Assembly: GCA_963554245.1 (NCBI GenBank)
Contig: CAUVRF010000001.1
Location: forward strand, 4,400 to 68,399
DNA length: 64,000 nucleotides
DNA from: an uncultured Streptococcus sp.
Lineage (GTDB): Bacteria > Bacillota > Bacilli > Lactobacillales > Streptococcaceae
Reading direction: 5' to 3'
Positions 63,108 through 64,000 of the stretch are shown in pieces. How positions within the stretch are numbered: position 1 is the first letter of the stretch; every line of letters starts with the position of its first letter. The position numbers and the translations under genes were made by a program. The notes below the pieces were generated by a model. It was not told the origin of the DNA, made no database searches, and saw only the letters and a program-made list of their open reading frames with translations.

Positions 63108-63747
63108 ACAAACATTTTTAATGAAGGGCAGTTTTGCCCTTTTACTTTTCGTCCTTCTTGGCTATATGGTTAAGTTCTATCCTGAAACGCTGGTCGGTTT
63201 TGACCAACCGCTTCAGACAGCTATTCGTGGGAACTTGCCAAATTATTTGACAGTTCTGTTCCGTGCCCTTACGCATTTGATTGATATCCCGGTGATTATT
63301 ACCTGGGTTGCCATCGCAGCCTTTGTCTTTTATCGTAAGCAGTGGAAGATAGAAAGCTACTTCATGGTGGGCAATCTAGCCTTAGCCGGTCTTTTAATCG
63401 TGACCTTCAAAAACATCTACCAGCGCCCACGGCCAGCTATTTTACACTTGGTAGAGGAGAAGGGCTTTTCTTTTCCAAGTGGCCATTCTCTGGCTGTGAC
63501 GCTGATGGTGGGGACATTGATTGTCATTCTCAGTCAGCGGATTAAAGATCCAGTCTGGGGAAAAATCGTGCAAATCGTCCTTGGCCTCTACCTAGTCAGT
63601 GTGCTGCTATCTCGGGTCTATCTGGGAGTTCACTACCCATCAGATGTTCTTGCCAGTTTCTGTGTGGGCTTGGGAGTCTTGTTTATCGAATTTCCTTTCT
63701 ATGACAAGCTTCGCTTCCAATGGCGATTTAAAGGCAAGCAGAAGTGA
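63097..63747 (+). CDS. PAP2-family membrane phosphatase
   Basis: KNIYQRPRP, SFPSGH and SRVYLGVHYPSD motifs. Confidence 0.93.
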   Translation: MRDKQTFLMKGSFALLLFVLLGYMVKFYPETLVGFDQPLQTAIRGNLPNYLTVLFRALTHLIDIPVIITWVAIAAFVFYRKQWKIESYFMVGNLALAGLLIVTFKNIYQRPRPAILHLVEEKGFSFPSGHSLAVTLMVGTLIVILSQRIKDPVWGKIVQIVLGLYLVSVLLSRVYLGVHYPSDVLASFCVGLGVLFIEFPFYDKLRFQWRFKGKQK

Positions 63748-63774
63748 GTATCGAATTCTCTTGAGGAGAAAGAA

Positions 63775-64000
63775 ATGAAAGTCAACATAAAAGCTCTCCA
63801 TCCGACTCAACTATACTTATCAGAAAAGAAACTAGAAGGCATCCAGACACTTTATCAGTCGGCAGAAATAATCAACGTTGCTCCAATCAGTATTCTTGCG
63901 TTCGGAGATTGCTTGTTGATTACAGATGGCCATCACAGGGCTTATCAGGCTTTATTGGCAGGTAGGGATACGATTTCTGCTGAGTGGGATAGAGATGGTG
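63775..64000 (+). CDS. Protein with an N-terminal ParB/sulfiredoxin-like domain (3'-partial)
   Basis: GAGGAG RBS. Translation MKVNIKALHPTQLYLSEKKL...LLITDGHHRAYQALLAG runs off the window. Confidence 0.75.
   Translation, partial: MKVNIKALHPTQLYLSEKKLEGIQTLYQSAEIINVAPISILAFGDCLLITDGHHRAYQALLAGRDTISAEWDRDG

Overview
Chromosomal window from a mitis-group Streptococcus (S. oralis/mitis-like; inferred from protein sequences and gene order). It is mostly core genome: polC 3' end, pepS, rsuA, pepC, manLMN, the folate (sul) operon, ccpA, rpmH, tatD-rnmV, rsmA-rsgA-rpe-thiN-rmuC-yhaM, purR, lysA, pflA, yidC, asnA, rsmD-coaD-sepM, murA-epuA-endA, tRNA-Cys, amiACDEF, trkAH, trmL and an FMN riboswitch ahead of ribU. 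I saw no CRISPR array, transposase, integrase or prophage. The best candidate for an undescribed system is a self-contained two-gene cassette between polC and pepS (530-3992). It encodes a 920-aa protein with a predicted beta-helix N-terminus and two CbbX/SpoVK/EccA-type AAA+ modules, plus a coupled 232-aa membrane protein whose N-terminal tail carries five regularly spaced DYVxP motifs. Other notable items are a membrane protein with a permuted papain-like (His...Cys) domain coupled to the folate operon, a two-hairpin ~100-nt RNA upstream of trmL, a 105-nt rod-like insertion in the FMN riboswitch, and an accessory insert between rnmV and rsmA. All family assignments come from motif recognition by eye; no searches were run.
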